DNA of 64,000 nucleotides. Source: Eledone cirrhosa (Eukaryota). The stretch lies in contig OZ024742.1 in assembly GCA_964016885.1 (NCBI GenBank), forward strand, positions 358,670,001 to 358,734,000. Reading direction: 5' to 3'. Shown in pieces: positions 15,001 through 30,500 of this stretch. Under the pieces are notes generated by a model. The model searched no databases and was not told the DNA's origin. It was given only the letters and a program-made list of their open reading frames with translations. The translations under genes and the position numbers were made by a program. How positions within the stretch are numbered: the first letter of the stretch is position 1; each line of letters opens with the position of its first letter.

Positions 15001-18000
15001 TAAAGGACCATTGGTAGCAGACTGGTGGTGTTTACATGGTGATACTTCTGTGGTAAACACCATTGGTAGCAGACTGGTGGTGTTTACATGGTGTTACTTC
15101 TGTGGTGAACACCATTGGTAGCAGACTGGTGGTGTTTACATGATGTTACTTCTGTTGTAAACACCATTGGTACCAGACTGGTGGTGTTTACATGGTGTTA
15201 CTTCTGTGGTGAACACCATTGGTAGCAGACTTGTGGTGTTTACATGATGTTACTTCTGTTGTAAACACCATTGGTAGCAGACTTGTGGGGTTTACATGGT
15301 GTTACTTCTGTGGTAAACACCATTACTAGCAGACTAATGGTGTTTACATGGTGTTACTTCTGTGGTGAACACCATAGGTAGCAGACTGGTGGTGTTTACA
15401 TGGTGTTACTTCTGTGGTAAAGGACCATTGGTAGCAGACTGGTGGTGTTTACATGGTGTTACTTCTGTGGTAAACACCATTGGTAGCAGACTGGTGGTGT
15501 TTACATGGTGTTACTTCTGTGTGAACACCATTGGTAGCAGACTGGTGGTGTTTACATGATGTTACTTCTGATGTAAACACCATTGGTAGCAGACTGGTGG
15601 TGTTTACATGGTGTTACTTCTGTGGTAAACACCATTAGTAGCAGACTTGTGGTGTTTACATGGTGTTACTTCTGTTGTAAACACCATTACTAGCAGACTA
15701 GTGGTGTTTAAATGGTGTTACTTCAGTGGTAAATACCATTGGTAGCAGACTGGTGGTGTTTACATGGTGTTACTTCAGGAGTAAACATAATTGGTAGCAG
15801 ACTGGTGGTGTTTACATGGTGTTACTTCTGTGTTGAACACCATTGGTAGCAGACTGGTGGTGTTTACATGGTGTTACTTCTGTGGTAAACACCATTGGTA
15901 GCAGACTGGTGGTGTTTACATGATGTTACTTCTGTGGTAAAGAACCATTGGTAGCAGACTGGTGGTGTTTACATGGTGTTACTTCTGTGGTAAACACCAT
16001 TGGTAGCAGACTGGTGGTGTTTAAATGGTGTTACTTCAGTGGTAAATACCATTGGTAGCAGACTGGTGGTGTTTACATGGTGTTACTTCTGTGGTAAACA
16101 CCATTACTAGCAGACTAGTGGTGTTTAAATGGTGTTACTTCAGTGGTAAATACCATTGGTAGCAGACTGGTGGTGTTTACATGGTGTTAATTCTGTGGTA
16201 AAGGACCATTGGTAGCAGACTGGTGGTGTTTACATGGTGTTACTTCTGTGGTAAACACCATTGGTAGCAGACTGGTGGTGTTTACATGGTGTTACTTCTG
16301 TGGTGAACACCATTTGTGGCAGACTGGTGGTGTTAAAGTGGTGTTACTTGATTGGTAAACACCATTTGTAGCAGACTGGTGGTGTTTACATGGTGTTACT
16401 TCTGTGGTGGACATCATTGGTAGCAGACTGGTGGTGTCTACATGGTGTTACTTCAGTGGTAAACACCATTGGTAGCAGACTGGTGGTGTTTACATGGTAT
16501 TACATCTGTGGTGAACACCATTGGTAGCAGACTGATCGTGTTTACATGGTGTTTCTTCTGTGGTAAACACGATTGGTAGCAGACTGGTGGTGTTTACATG
16601 GTGTTACTTCTGTGGTGAACACCATTGGTAGCAGACTGGTGGTGTTTACATGATGTTACTTCTGTTGTAAACACCATTGGTAGCAGACTGGTGGTGTTTA
16701 CATGGTGTTATTCCTGTGGTGAACACCATTGGTAGCAGACTGGTGGTGTTTACATGGTGCTACTTCTGTGGTAAACACGATTGGTAGCAGACTGGTGGTG
16801 TTTACATGGTGTTATTCCTGTGGTGAACACCATTGGTAGCAGACTGGTGGTGTTTACATGATGTTACTTCTGTGGTAAAGAACCATTGGTAACAGACTGG
16901 TGGTGTTTACATGGTGTTACTTCTGTGGTAAACACCATTGGTAGCAGACTGGTGGTGTTTACATGATGTTACTTATGTTGTAAACACCATTGGTAGCTAA
17001 CTGGTGGTGTTTACATGGTGTTACTTCAGTGGTGAACACCATTGGTAGCAGACTGGTGGTGTTTACATATGTTACTTCTGTGGTGAACACCATTGGTGGC
17101 AGACTGGTGGTGTTTACGTGGTGTTACTTCTCTGGTAAACACCATTGGTAGCAGACTGATGGTGTTTACATGGTGTTAGGTATGTGGTAAACACCATTGG
17201 TAGCAGACTGGTGGTGTTTACATAGTGTTACTTCTGTGGTGAACACCATTGGTAGCAGACTGGTGGTGTTTACATGGTGTTACTTCTGTAGTAAACACCA
17301 TTGGTAGCAGACTGGTGGTGTTTACATGCTGTTACTTCTGTGGTAAACACCATTACTAGCAGACTAGTGGTGTTTAAATGGTGTAACTTCAGTGGTAAAT
17401 ACCATTGGTAGCAGACTGGTGGTGTTTACATGGTGTTACTTCAGGAGTAAACACCATTGGTAGCAGACTGGTGGTGTTTACATGGTGTTACTTCTGCGGT
17501 GAACACCATTCGTAGCAGACTGGTGGAGCGTACATGGTGTTAATTCAGTGGTAAACACCATTGGTAGCAGACTGGTGGTGTTTACATGGTATAACGTCTG
17601 TGGTGAGCACCATTGGTGGCAGACTGGTGGTGTGTACATGGTGTTACTTCTGTATTAAACACCATTGGTAGCAGACTGGTGGTGTTTACATGGTGTTACT
17701 TCAGTGGTGAACACCATTGGTAGCAGACTGGTGATGTTTACATATGTTACTTCTGTTGTGAACACTATCGGTGGCAGACTGGTGGTGTTTACGTGGTGTT
17801 ACTTCTGTGGTGAACAACATTGGTGGCAGACTGGTGGTGTTTACGTGGTGTTACTTCTCTGGTAAACACCATTGGTAGCAGACTGATGGTGTTTACATGG
17901 TGTTAGTTCTGTGGTAAACACCATTGGTAACATACTGGTGGTGTTTACATGGTGTTACTTCAGTGGTAAACACCATTGGTAGCAGACTGCTGGTGTTTAC

Positions 18001-18538
18001 ATGGTGTTACTTCTGTAGTAAACACAATTGGTAGCAGACTGATGCTGTTTACATGGTGTTACTTCTGTGGTGAACACCATTGGTGGCAGACTGGTGGTAT
18101 TTACGTGGTGTTACTTCAGTGGTAAACACCATTGGTAGAAAACTGGTGGTGTTTACATGGTGTTACTTCAGTGGTAAACAACATTTGTAGCAGACTGGTG
18201 GTGTTTACATGGTGTTACTTCTGTGGTGAACACCATTGGTAGCAGACTGGTGCTGTTTACATGGTGTTACTTCTGTTGTAAACACCATTGGTAGCAGACT
18301 GGTGCTGTTTACATGGTGTTACTTCTGTGGTGAACACCTTGGTAGCAGACTGGTGGTGTTTACATGGTATAACGTCTGTGGTGAACACCATTGGTGGCAG
18401 ACTGGTGGTGTTTGCATGGTGTTACTTCTGTGGTAAACACCATTGGTGGCAGACTGGTGGTGTTTACATGGTTTTACTTCTGTGGTGAACACCATTGGTA
18501 GCAGACTGGTGGTGTTTACATGGTGTTACTTCAGTGGT
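1..18538 (+). repeat. 52-bp satellite array, left arm (G/T-rich strand on +), ~356 monomers, open at window start
   Basis: CTGGTGGTGTTTACATGGTGTTACTTCTGTGGT(A/G)AACACCATTGGTAGCAGA recurs with 52-nt period (positions 1, 53, ...) and few substitutions per copy. Confidence 0.98.
3970..10700 (+). repeat. Higher-order repeat in left arm (2911 bp, ~56 monomers; sub-periods 2027 and 884 bp)
   Basis: Variant AGCTGAAGGG at 5291 and 8202; GGTGAAACTT variant at 4121/6148/9059; identical spurious 75-aa ORFs at 4909, 6936, 7820, 9847; boundaries approximate. Confidence 0.9.
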
Positions 18539-21500
18539 CTGCCACCAATGATGTTTCCCACATAAGTAACACCATGTGAACACCACCAGTCTCCTAGCAA
18601 TGGTGTTTACCACTGAAGTAACACCATGTAAACAAAACCAGTCTCCAACCAATAGCATTTACCACTGAAGTAACAGCATGTAAACACCACATGTCTGGCA
18701 CCAATGGTTTTTACCACAGAAGTAACACCATGTAAACACCACCATTATGCTACCAATGTTGTTTACCACAGAAGTAACACCATGTAAACACCACCTGTCT
18801 CCCACCAATGGTGTTTATCACAGAAGTAACACCATGTAAACAACACCAGTCTGCTACCAATGGTTCTTTACCACAGAAGTAACATCATGTAAACACCACC
18901 AGTCTGCTACCAATGGTGTTCACCACAGTTGTAATACCATGTAAACACCACCAGTCTGCTACCAATGGTATTTTCCACACAAGTAACACCATGTAAACAC
19001 CTCCTGTCTGCTACCAATGGTGTTTACCGCTGAAGTAACACAATGTAAACACCACCAGTATGCCACCAATGGTGTTTACCACAGAAGTAACACCATGTAA
19101 ACACCACCAGTCTTCTACCAATGGTGTTCACCACAGAAATAAAACCATGTAAACACAACCAGTCTGCTACTAATGGTGTTCACCACAGAAGTAACAGAAT
19201 GTAAACACCACCAATCTCCTACCAATGGTGTTCACCACAGATGTAACACTATGTAAACACCACCAGTCTGTACCAATGGTATTTACCACTGAAGTAACAC
19301 CATGTGAACACCACCAGTCTGCTACCAATGGTGTTTACCACTGAAGTAACACCATATAAACACCACCAGTCTGCCACCAATGGTGTTCACCGCTGAAGTA
19401 ACACCATGTAAACAACGCCTGTCTGCCACCAATGGTGTTTACTACTGAAGTAACACCATGTAAACACTACCAGTCTGCAACCAATGGTGTTCACCGCTGA
19501 AGTAACACCATGTAAACACCACCAGTCTGCCACCAATGGTGTTTTCCACAGATGTAATACCATGTAAACACCACCAGTCTGCTACCAATGTGTTTACGAC
19601 AGACTTAACACCATATAAACACCACCAGTGTGCTACTTAATGGTGTTTACCACTGAAGTAACACCATGTACACACCACCAGTCTGCAACCAATGGTGTTT
19701 ACCACATAGGTAACACCATGTAAACAAAACCAGTCTGCCAGCAATGGTGTTTACAACACAGGTAATACCATGTAAACACAACCAGTCTGCTACCACTGGT
19801 GTTTACCACTGAAGTAACACCATGTAAACACCAGCAGTCTGCTACCAATAGTGTTTTCCACAGAAGTAACACCATGTAAACACCACCAGTCTGCCACCAA
19901 TGGTGTTTACAACACAGCTAATACCATGTAAACACCACCAGTCTGCTACCAATGGTGTTTACGACAGAAGTAACACAATATAAACACCACAGTCAGCTAC
20001 CACTGGTGTTTACCACTGAAGTAACACCATGTAAACACCACCAGTCTGCTACCAATGGTCATCACAACAGAAGTAGCACCATGTAAACAACACCAGTCTG
20101 CTACCAATGGTGTTTACTACAGAAGTAACACCATGTAAACACCACCAGTCTGCTACCAATGGTGTTCACCACAGAAGTAAAACCATGTAAACACCCCCAG
20201 TCTGCTACCAATGGTGTTCACCACAGAAGTAACACCATTTAAACACCACCAGTCTGCTACCAATGGTGTTCACCACAGATGTAATACCATGTAAACACAA
20301 CCTGTCTGCTAACAATGGTGTTTACCACAGAAGTAACACCATGTAAACACCACCAGTCTGCCACCAATGCTGTTTACAACACAGGTAATACCATTTAAAA
20401 ATCACCAGTCTGCTACTAATGGTGCTTACCACAGAAGTAACACCATGTAAACACCACCAGTCTGCTACCAATGGTGTTTACCACTGAAGTAACACAATGT
20501 AAACACCACCAGTCTGCAACCGATGGTGATTACCACAGAAGTAATACCATGTAAACACCACCAGTCTGCTACCAATGGTGTTTACCACTGAAGTATCACC
20601 ATGTAAACACCACCAGTCTGCAGCCAATGGTGTTTACCACAGAAGTAACACCATGTAAACACCACCAGTCTGCCACCAATGGTGTTTACCACAGAAGTAA
20701 CACCATGTAAACACCAACAGTCTGCTACCAATGGTATTTACCACTGAAATAACACCATGTAAACACCACCAATCTGCAACCAATGGTGTTTACGACAGAA
20801 ATAACACCATGTAAACTCCACCAGTCTGCCACCAATGTTGTTTGCAACACAGGTAATACCATGTAAACACTACCAGTCTGCTACCAATGGTGTTCACCAC
20901 AGAAATAACACCATATAAACACCACAGTCAGCTACCACTGGTGTTTACCACTGAAGTAACACCATGTAAACACCATCAGTCTGATACCAATGGTGTTTAC
21001 GACAGAAGTAACACCTTATAAATTCCACCAGTCTGCTACCAATGGTATTCACCACAGAAGTAACACCATGTAAACACCACCAGTCTGCTACCAATGGTAT
21101 TCACAACAGAAGTAGCACCATGTAAACACCACCAGTCTGCTACCAATGGTGTTTACCAGTGAAGTAACACGATGTAAAAACCACCAGTCTGCAACCAATG
21201 GCGTTTACCACTGAAGTAACAGCATGTAAACACCACATGTCTGCCACCAATGGTGTTTACCACAGAAGTAACACCATGTAAATACCACCATTCTGCTACC
21301 AATGGTGTTCACCACAGATGTAACACCATATGAACACCACCAGTCTGCTACCAATGGTGTTTACCACAGAAGTAACACCATGTAAAAAAAAAATAGTCTG
21401 CTACCAATGGAGTTCACCACAGAAATAACACCATGTAAACACCACCATCTGCCACCAATGATGTTTACCACAGACGTAGCACCATATAAACACCACCAGT

Positions 21501-24500
21501 CTGCTACCGATGGTGTTTACCACAGAGATAACACCATGTAAATAAAACCAGTCTGCAACCAATGGTGTTTACAACACAGGTAATACCATGTAAACGCCAC
21601 CAGTCTGCTACCAATGGTGTTTACGACAGAAGTAACACCATATAAACACCACCAGTCTGCTACCACTGGTGTTTACCACTGAAGTAACACCATGTAAACA
21701 CCACCAGTCTGATACCAATGGTATTTACGACAGAAGTAACACCATGTAAATTCCATCAGTCTGCTACCAATGGTATTCACCACAGAAGTAACACCATGTA
21801 AACACCACCAGTCTGCTACCAATGGTATTCACAACAGAAGTAGCACCATGTAAATTCCATCAGTCTGCTACCAATGGTATTCACCACAGAAGTAACACCA
21901 TGTAAACACCACCAGTCTGCTACCAATGGTGTTTACTACAGAAGAAACACCATGTAAACACCACCAGTCTGCTACCAATGGTGTTCACCACAGAAGTAAA
22001 ACCATGTAAACACCACCAGTCTGCTACCAATGGTGTTCACCTCAGAAGTAAAACCATTTAAACACCACCAGTCTGCAACCAATGGTGTTTACCACTGAAG
22101 TAACACGATGTAAACACCACCAGTCTGCAAACAATGGTGTTTACCACTGAAGTAACACGATGTAAACACCACCTGTCTCCCACCAATGGTGTTTATCACA
22201 GAAGTAACACCATGTAAACAACACCAGTCTGCTACCAATGGTTCTTTACCACAGAAGTAACATCATGTAAACACCACCAGTCTGCTACCAATGGTGTTCA
22301 CCACAGTTGTAATACCATGTAAACACCACCAGTCTGCTACCAATGGTATTTTCCACACAAGTAACACCATGTAAACACCTCCTGTCTGCTACCAATGGTG
22401 TTTACCGCTGAAGTAACACAATGTAAACACCACCAGTATGCCACCAATGGTGTTTACCACAGAAGTAACACCATGTAAACACCACCAGTCTTCTACCAAT
22501 GGTGTTCACCACAGAAATAAAACCATGTAAACACAACCAGTCTGCTACTAATGGTGTTCACCACAGAAGTAACAGAATGTAAACACCACCAATCTCCTAC
22601 CAATGGTGTTCACCACAGATGTAACACTATGTAAACACCACCAGTCTGTACCAATGGTATTTACCACTGAAGTAACACCATGTGAACACCACCAGTCTGC
22701 TACCAATGGTGTTTACCACTGAAGTAACACCATATAAACACCACCAGTCTGCCACCAATGGTGTTCACCGCTGAAGTAACACCATGTAAACAACACCTGT
22801 CTGCCACCAATGGTGTTTACTACTGAAGTAACACCATGTAAACACTACCAGTCTGCAACCAATGGTGTTCACCGCTGAAGTAACACCATGTAAACACCAC
22901 CAGTCTGCCACCAATGGTGTTTTCCACAGATGTAATACCATGTAAACACCACCAGTCTGCTACCAATGTGTTTACGACAGACTTAACACCATATAAACAC
23001 CACCAGTGTGCTACTTAATGGTGTTTACCACTGAAGTAACACCATGTACACACCACCAGTCTGCAACCAATGGTGTTTACCACATAGGTAACACCATGTA
23101 AACAAAACCAGTCTGCCAGCAATGGTGTTTACAACACAGGTAATACCATGTAAACACAACCAGTCTGCTACCACTGGTGTTTACCACTGAAGTAACACCA
23201 TGTAAACACCAGCAGTCTGCTACCAATAGTGTTTTCCACAGAAGTAACACCATGTAAACACCACCAGTCTGCCACCAATGGTGTTTACAACACAGCTAAT
23301 ACCATGTAAACACCACCAGTCTGCTACCAATGGTGTTTACGACAGAAGTAACACAATATAAACACCACAGTCAGCTACCACTGGTGTTTACCACTGAAGT
23401 AACACCATGTAAACACCACCAGTCTGCTACCAATGGTCATCACAACAGAAGTAGCACCATGTAAACAACACCAGTCTGCTACCAATGGTGTTTACTACAG
23501 AAGTAACACCATGTAAACACCACCAGTCTGCTACCAATGGTGTTCACCACAGAAGTAAAACCATGTAAACACCCCCAGTCTGCTACCAATGGTGTTCACC
23601 ACAGAAGTAACACCATTTAAACACCACCAGTCTGCTACCAATGGTGTTCACCACAGAAGTAGCACCATGTAAACAACACCAGTCTGCTACCAATGGTGTT
23701 TACTACAGAAGTAACACCATGTAAACACCACCAGTCTGCTACCAATGGTGTTCACCACAGAAGTAAAACCATGTAAACACCCCCAGTCTGCTACCAATGG
23801 TGTTCACCACAGAAGTAACACCATTTAAACACCACCAGTCTGCTACCAATGGTGTTCACCACAGATGTAATACCATGTAAACACAACCTGTCTGCTAACA
23901 ATGGTGTTTACCACAGAAGTAACACCATGTAAACACCACCAGTCTGCCACCAATGCTGTTTACAACACAGGTAATACCATTTAAAAATCACCAGTCTGCT
24001 ACTAATGGTGCTTACCACAGAAGTAACACCATGTAAACACCACCAGTCTGCTACCAATGGTGTTTACCACTGAAGTAACACAATGTAAACACCACCAGTC
24101 TGCAACCGATGGTGATTACCACAGAAGTAATACCATGTAAACACCACCAGTCTGCTACCAATGGTGTTTACCACTGAAGTATCACCATGTAAACACCACC
24201 AGTCTGCAGCCAATGGTGTTTACCACAGAAGTAACACCATGTAAACACCACCAGTCTGCCACCAATGGTGTTTACCACAGAAGTAACACCATGTAAACAC
24301 CAACAGTCTGCTACCAATGGTATTTACCACTGAAATAACACCATGTAAACACCACCAATCTGCAACCAATGGTGTTTACGACAGAAATAACACCATGTAA
24401 ACTCCACCAGTCTGCCACCAATGTTGTTTGCAACACAGGTAATACCATGTAAACACTACCAGTCTGCTACCAATGGTGTTCACCACAGAAATAACACCAT

Positions 24501-27500
24501 ATAAACACCACAGTCAGCTACCACTGGTGTTTACCACTGAAGTAACACCATGTAAACACCATCAGTCTGATACCAATGGTGTTTACGACAGAAGTAACAC
24601 CTTATAAATTCCACCAGTCTGCTACCAATGGTATTCACCACAGAAGTAACACCATGTAAACACCACCAGTCTGCTACCAATGGTATTCACAACAGAAGTA
24701 GCACCATGTAAACACCACCAGTCTGCTACCAATGGTGTTTACCAGTGAAGTAACACGATGTAAAAACCACCAGTCTGCAACCAATGGCGTTTACCACTGA
24801 AGTAACAGCATGTAAACACCACATGTCTGCCACCAATGGTGTTTACCACAGAAGTAACACCATGTAAATACCACCATTCTGCTACCAATGGTGTTCACCA
24901 CAGATGTAACACCATATGAACACCACCAGTCTGCTACCAATGGTGTTTACCACAGAAGTAACACCATGTAAAAAAAAAATAGTCTGCTACCAATGGAGTT
25001 CACCACAGAAATAACACCATGTAAACACCACCATCTGCCACCAATGATGTTTACCACAGACGTAGCACCATATAAACACCACCAGTCTGCTACCGATGGT
25101 GTTTACCACAGAGATAACACCATGTAAATAAAACCAGTCTGCAACCAATGGTGTTTACAACACAGGTAATACCATGTAAACGCCACCAGTCTGCTACCAA
25201 TGGTGTTTACGACAGAAGTAACACCATATAAACACCACCAGTCTGCTACCACTGGTGTTTACCACTGAAGTAACACCATGTAAACACCACCAGTCTGATA
25301 CCAATGGTATTTACGACAGAAGTAACACCATGTAAATTCCATCAGTCTGCTACCAATGGTATTCACCACAGAAGTAACACCATGTAAACACCACCAGTCT
25401 GCTACCAATGGTATTCACAACAGAAGTAGCACCATGTAAATTCCATCAGTCTGCTACCAATGGTATTCACCACAGAAGTAACACCATGTAAACACCACCA
25501 GTCTGCTACCAATGGTGTTTACTACAGAAGAAACACCATGTAAACACCACCAGTCTGCTACCAATGGTGTTCACCACAGAAGTAAAACCATGTAAACACC
25601 ACCAGTCTGCTACCAATGGTGTTCACCTCAGAAGTAAAACCATTTAAACACCACCAGTCTGCAACCAATGGTGTTTACCACTGAAGTAACACGATGTAAA
25701 CACCACCAGTCTGCAAACAATGGTGTTTACCACTGAAGTAACACGATGTAAACACCACCTGTCTCCCACCAATGGTGTTTATCACAGAAGTAACACCATG
25801 TAAACAACACCAGTCTGCTACCAATGGTTCTTTACCACAGAAGTAACATCATGTAAACACCACCAGTCTGCTACCAATGGTGTTCACCACAGTTGTAATA
25901 CCATGTAAACACCACCAGTCTGCTACCAATGGTATTTTCCACACAAGTAACACCATGTAAACACCTCCTGTCTGCTACCAATGGTGTTTACCGCTGAAGT
26001 AACACAATGTAAACACCACCAGTATGCCACCAATGGTGTTTACCACAGAAGTAACACCATGTAAACACCACCAGTCTTCTACCAATGGTGTTCACCACAG
26101 AAATAAAACCATGTAAACACAACCAGTCTGCTACTAATGGTGTTCACCACAGAAGTAACAGAATGTAAACACCACCAATCTCCTACCAATGGTGTTCACC
26201 ACAGATGTAACACTATGTAAACACCACCAGTCTGTACCAATGGTATTTACCACTGAAGTAACACCATGTGAACACCACCAGTCTGCTACCAATGGTGTTT
26301 ACCACTGAAGTAACACCATATAAACACCACCAGTCTGCCACCAATGGTGTTCACCGCTGAAGTAACACCATGTAAACAACACCTGTCTGCCACCAATGGT
26401 GTTTACTACTGAAGTAACACCATGTAAACACTACCAGTCTGCAACCAATGGTGTTCACCGCTGAAGTAACACCATGTAAACACCACCAGTCTGCCACCAA
26501 TGGTGTTTTCCACAGATGTAATACCATGTAAACACCACCAGTCTGCTACCAATGTGTTTACGACAGACTTAACACCATATAAACACCACCAGTGTGCTAC
26601 TTAATGGTGTTTACCACTGAAGTAACACCATGTACACACCACCAGTCTGCAACCAATGGTGTTTACCACATAGGTAACACCATGTAAACAAAACCAGTCT
26701 GCCAGCAATGGTGTTTACAACACAGGTAATACCATGTAAACACCACCAGTCTGCTACCACTGGTGTTTACCACTGAAGTAACACCATGTAAACACCAGCA
26801 GTCTGCTACCAATAGTGTTTTCCACAGAAGTAACACCATGTAAACACCACCAGTCTGCCACCAATGGTGTTTACAACACAGCTAATACCATGTAAACACC
26901 ACCAGTCTGCTACCAATGGTGTTTACGACAGAAGTAACACAATATAAACACCACAGTCAGCTACCACTGGTGTTTACCACTGAAGTAACACCATGTAAAC
27001 ACCACCAGTCTGCTACCAATGGTCATCACAACAGAAGTAGCACCATGTAAACAACACCAGTCTGCTACCAATGGTGTTTACTACAGAAGTAACACCATGT
27101 AAACACCACCAGTCTGCTACCAATGGTGTTCACCACAGAAGTAAAACCATGTAAACACCCCCAGTCTGCTACCAATGGTGTTCACCACAGAAGTAGCACC
27201 ATTTAAACACCACCAGTCTGCTACCAATGGTGTTCACCACAGATGTAATACCATGTAAACACAACCTGTCTGCTAACAATGGTGTTTACCACAGAAGTAA
27301 CACCATGTAAACACCACCAGTCTGCCACCAATGCTGTTTACAACACAGGTAATACCATTTAAAAATCACCAGTCTGCTACTAATGGTGCTTACCACAGAA
27401 GTAACACCATGTAAACACCACCAGTCTGCTACCAATGGTGTTTACCACTGAAGTAACACAATGTAAACACCACCAGTCTGCAACCGATGGTGATTACCAC

Positions 27501-30500
27501 AGAAGTAATACCATGTAAACACCACCAGTCTGCTACCAATGGTGTTTACCACTGAAGTAACACCATGTAAACACCACCAGCCTGCTACCAATGGTGTTTA
27601 CGACAGAAGTAACACCATTTAAACACCACTAGTCTGCTACCAATGGTGTTTTCCACACAAGTAACACCATGTAAATACCACCTGTCTGCTACCAATGGTG
27701 TTTACCGCTGAAGTAACACCATGTAAACACCACCAGTCTGCTACCAATGGTGTTTACCACTGAAATAACACCATGTAAACACCACCAGTCTGCAATCAAT
27801 GGTGTTTACCACAGATGTAACACCATGTAAACACCACCAGTCTGCCACCAATGGTGTTTACAACACAAGTAATACCATGTAAAAACTACCAGTCTGCTAC
27901 TAATGGTGTTTACCACCAATGGTGTTTACCAGAGAAATAACACCATGTAAAAACCACCAGTCTGCCACCAATTGTGTTTACAACACAGGTAATACCATGT
28001 AAACACCACCAGTCTGCTACGAATGGTGTTTTCGACAGAAGTAACACCATATAAACACCACCAGTCTGCTACCAATGCTGTTTACCGCTGAAGTAACACC
28101 ATGTAAACACCACCAGTCTGCTACCAATGCTGTTTACCACTGAAGTAACACCATGTAAACACCACCAGTCTGCTACCAATGGTATTCACCACAGAAGTAA
28201 CACCATGTAAACACCACCAGTCTGCTACCAATGGTATTCACAACAGAAGTAGCACCATGTAAATTCCATCAGTCTGCTACCAATGGTATTCACCACAGAA
28301 GTAACACCATGTAAACACCACCAGTCTGCTACCAATGGTGTTTACTACAGAAGAAACACCATGTAAACACCACCAGTCTGCTACCAATGGTGTTCACCAC
28401 AGAAGTAAAACCATGTAAACACCACCAGTCTGCTACCAATGGTGTTCACCTCAGAAGTAAAACCATTTAAACACCACCAGTCTGCAACCAATGGTGTTTA
28501 CCACTGAAGTAACACGATGTAAACACCACCAGTCTGCAAACAATGGTGTTTACCACTGAAGTAACACGATGTAAACACCACCTGTCTCCCACCAATGGTG
28601 TTTATCACAGAAGTAACACCATGTAAACAACACCAGTCTGCTACCAATGGTTCTTTACCACAGAAGTAACATCATGTAAACACCACCAGTCTGCTACCAA
28701 TGGTGTTCACCACAGTTGTAATACCATGTAAACACCACCAGTCTGCTACCAATGGTATTTTCCACACAAGTAACACCATGTAAACACCTCCTGTCTGCTA
28801 CCAATGGTGTTTACCGCTGAAGTAACACAATGTAAACACCACCAGTATGCCACCAATGGTGTTTACCACAGAAGTAACACCATGTAAACACCACCAGTCT
28901 TCTACCAATGGTGTTCACCACAGAAATAAAACCATGTAAACACAACCAGTCTGCTACTAATGGTGTTCACCACAGAAGTAACAGAATGTAAACACCACCA
29001 ATCTCCTACCAATGGTGTTCACCACAGATGTAACACTATGTAAACACCACCAGTCTGTACCAATGGTATTTACCACTGAAGTAACACCATGTGAACACCA
29101 CCAGTCTGCTACCAATGGTGTTTACCACTGAAGTAACACCATATAAACACCACCAGTCTGCCACCAATGGTGTTCACCGCTGAAGTAACACCATGTAAAC
29201 AACACCTGTCTGCCACCAATGGTGTTTACTACTGAAGTAACACCATGTAAACACTACCAGTCTGCAACCAATGGTGTTCACCGCTGAAGTAACACCATGT
29301 AAACACCACCAGTCTGCCACCAATGGTGTTTTCCACAGATGTAATACCATGTAAACACCACCAGTCTGCTACCAATGTGTTTACGACAGACTTAACACCA
29401 TATAAACACCACCAGTGTGCTACTTAATGGTGTTTACCACTGAAGTAACACCATGTACACACCACCAGTCTGCAACCAATGGTGTTTACCACATAGGTAA
29501 CACCATGTAAACAAAACCAGTCTGCCAGCAATGGTGTTTACAACACAGGTAATACCATGTAAACACCACCAGTCTGCTACCACTGGTGTTTACCACTGAA
29601 GTAACACCATGTAAACACCAGCAGTCTGCTACCAATAGTGTTTTCCACAGAAGTAACACCATGTAAACACCACCAGTCTGCCACCAATGGTGTTTACAAC
29701 ACAGCTAATACCATGTAAACACCACCAGTCTGCTACCAATGGTGTTTACGACAGAAGTAACACAATATAAACACCACAGTCAGCTACCACTGGTGTTTAC
29801 CACTGAAGTAACACCATGTAAACACCACCAGTCTGCTACCAATGGTCATCACAACAGAAGTAGCACCATGTAAACAACACCAGTCTGCTACCAATGGTGT
29901 TTACTACAGAAGTAACACCATGTAAACACCACCAGTCTGCTACCAATGGTGTTCACCACAGAAGTAAAACCATGTAAACACCCCCAGTCTGCTACCAATG
30001 GTGTTCACCACAGAAGTAGCACCATTTAAACACCACCAGTCTGCTACCAATGGTGTTCACCACAGATGTAATACCATGTAAACACAACCTGTCTGCTAAC
30101 AATGGTGTTTACCACAGAAGTAACACCATGTAAACACCACCAGTCTGCCACCAATGCTGTTTACAACACAGGTAATACCATTTAAAAATCACCAGTCTGC
30201 TACTAATGGTGCTTACCACAGAAGTAACACCATGTAAACACCACCAGTCTGCTACCAATGGTGTTTACCACTGAAGTAACACAATGTAAACACCACCAGT
30301 CTGCAACCGATGGTGATTACCACAGAAGTAATACCATGTAAACACCACCAGTCTGCTACCAATGGTGTTTACCACTGAAGTAACACCATGTAAACACCAC
30401 CAGCCTGCTACCAATGGTGTTTACGACAGAAGTAACACCATTTAAACACCACTAGTCTGCTACCAATGGTGTTTTCCACACAAGTAACACCATGTAAATA

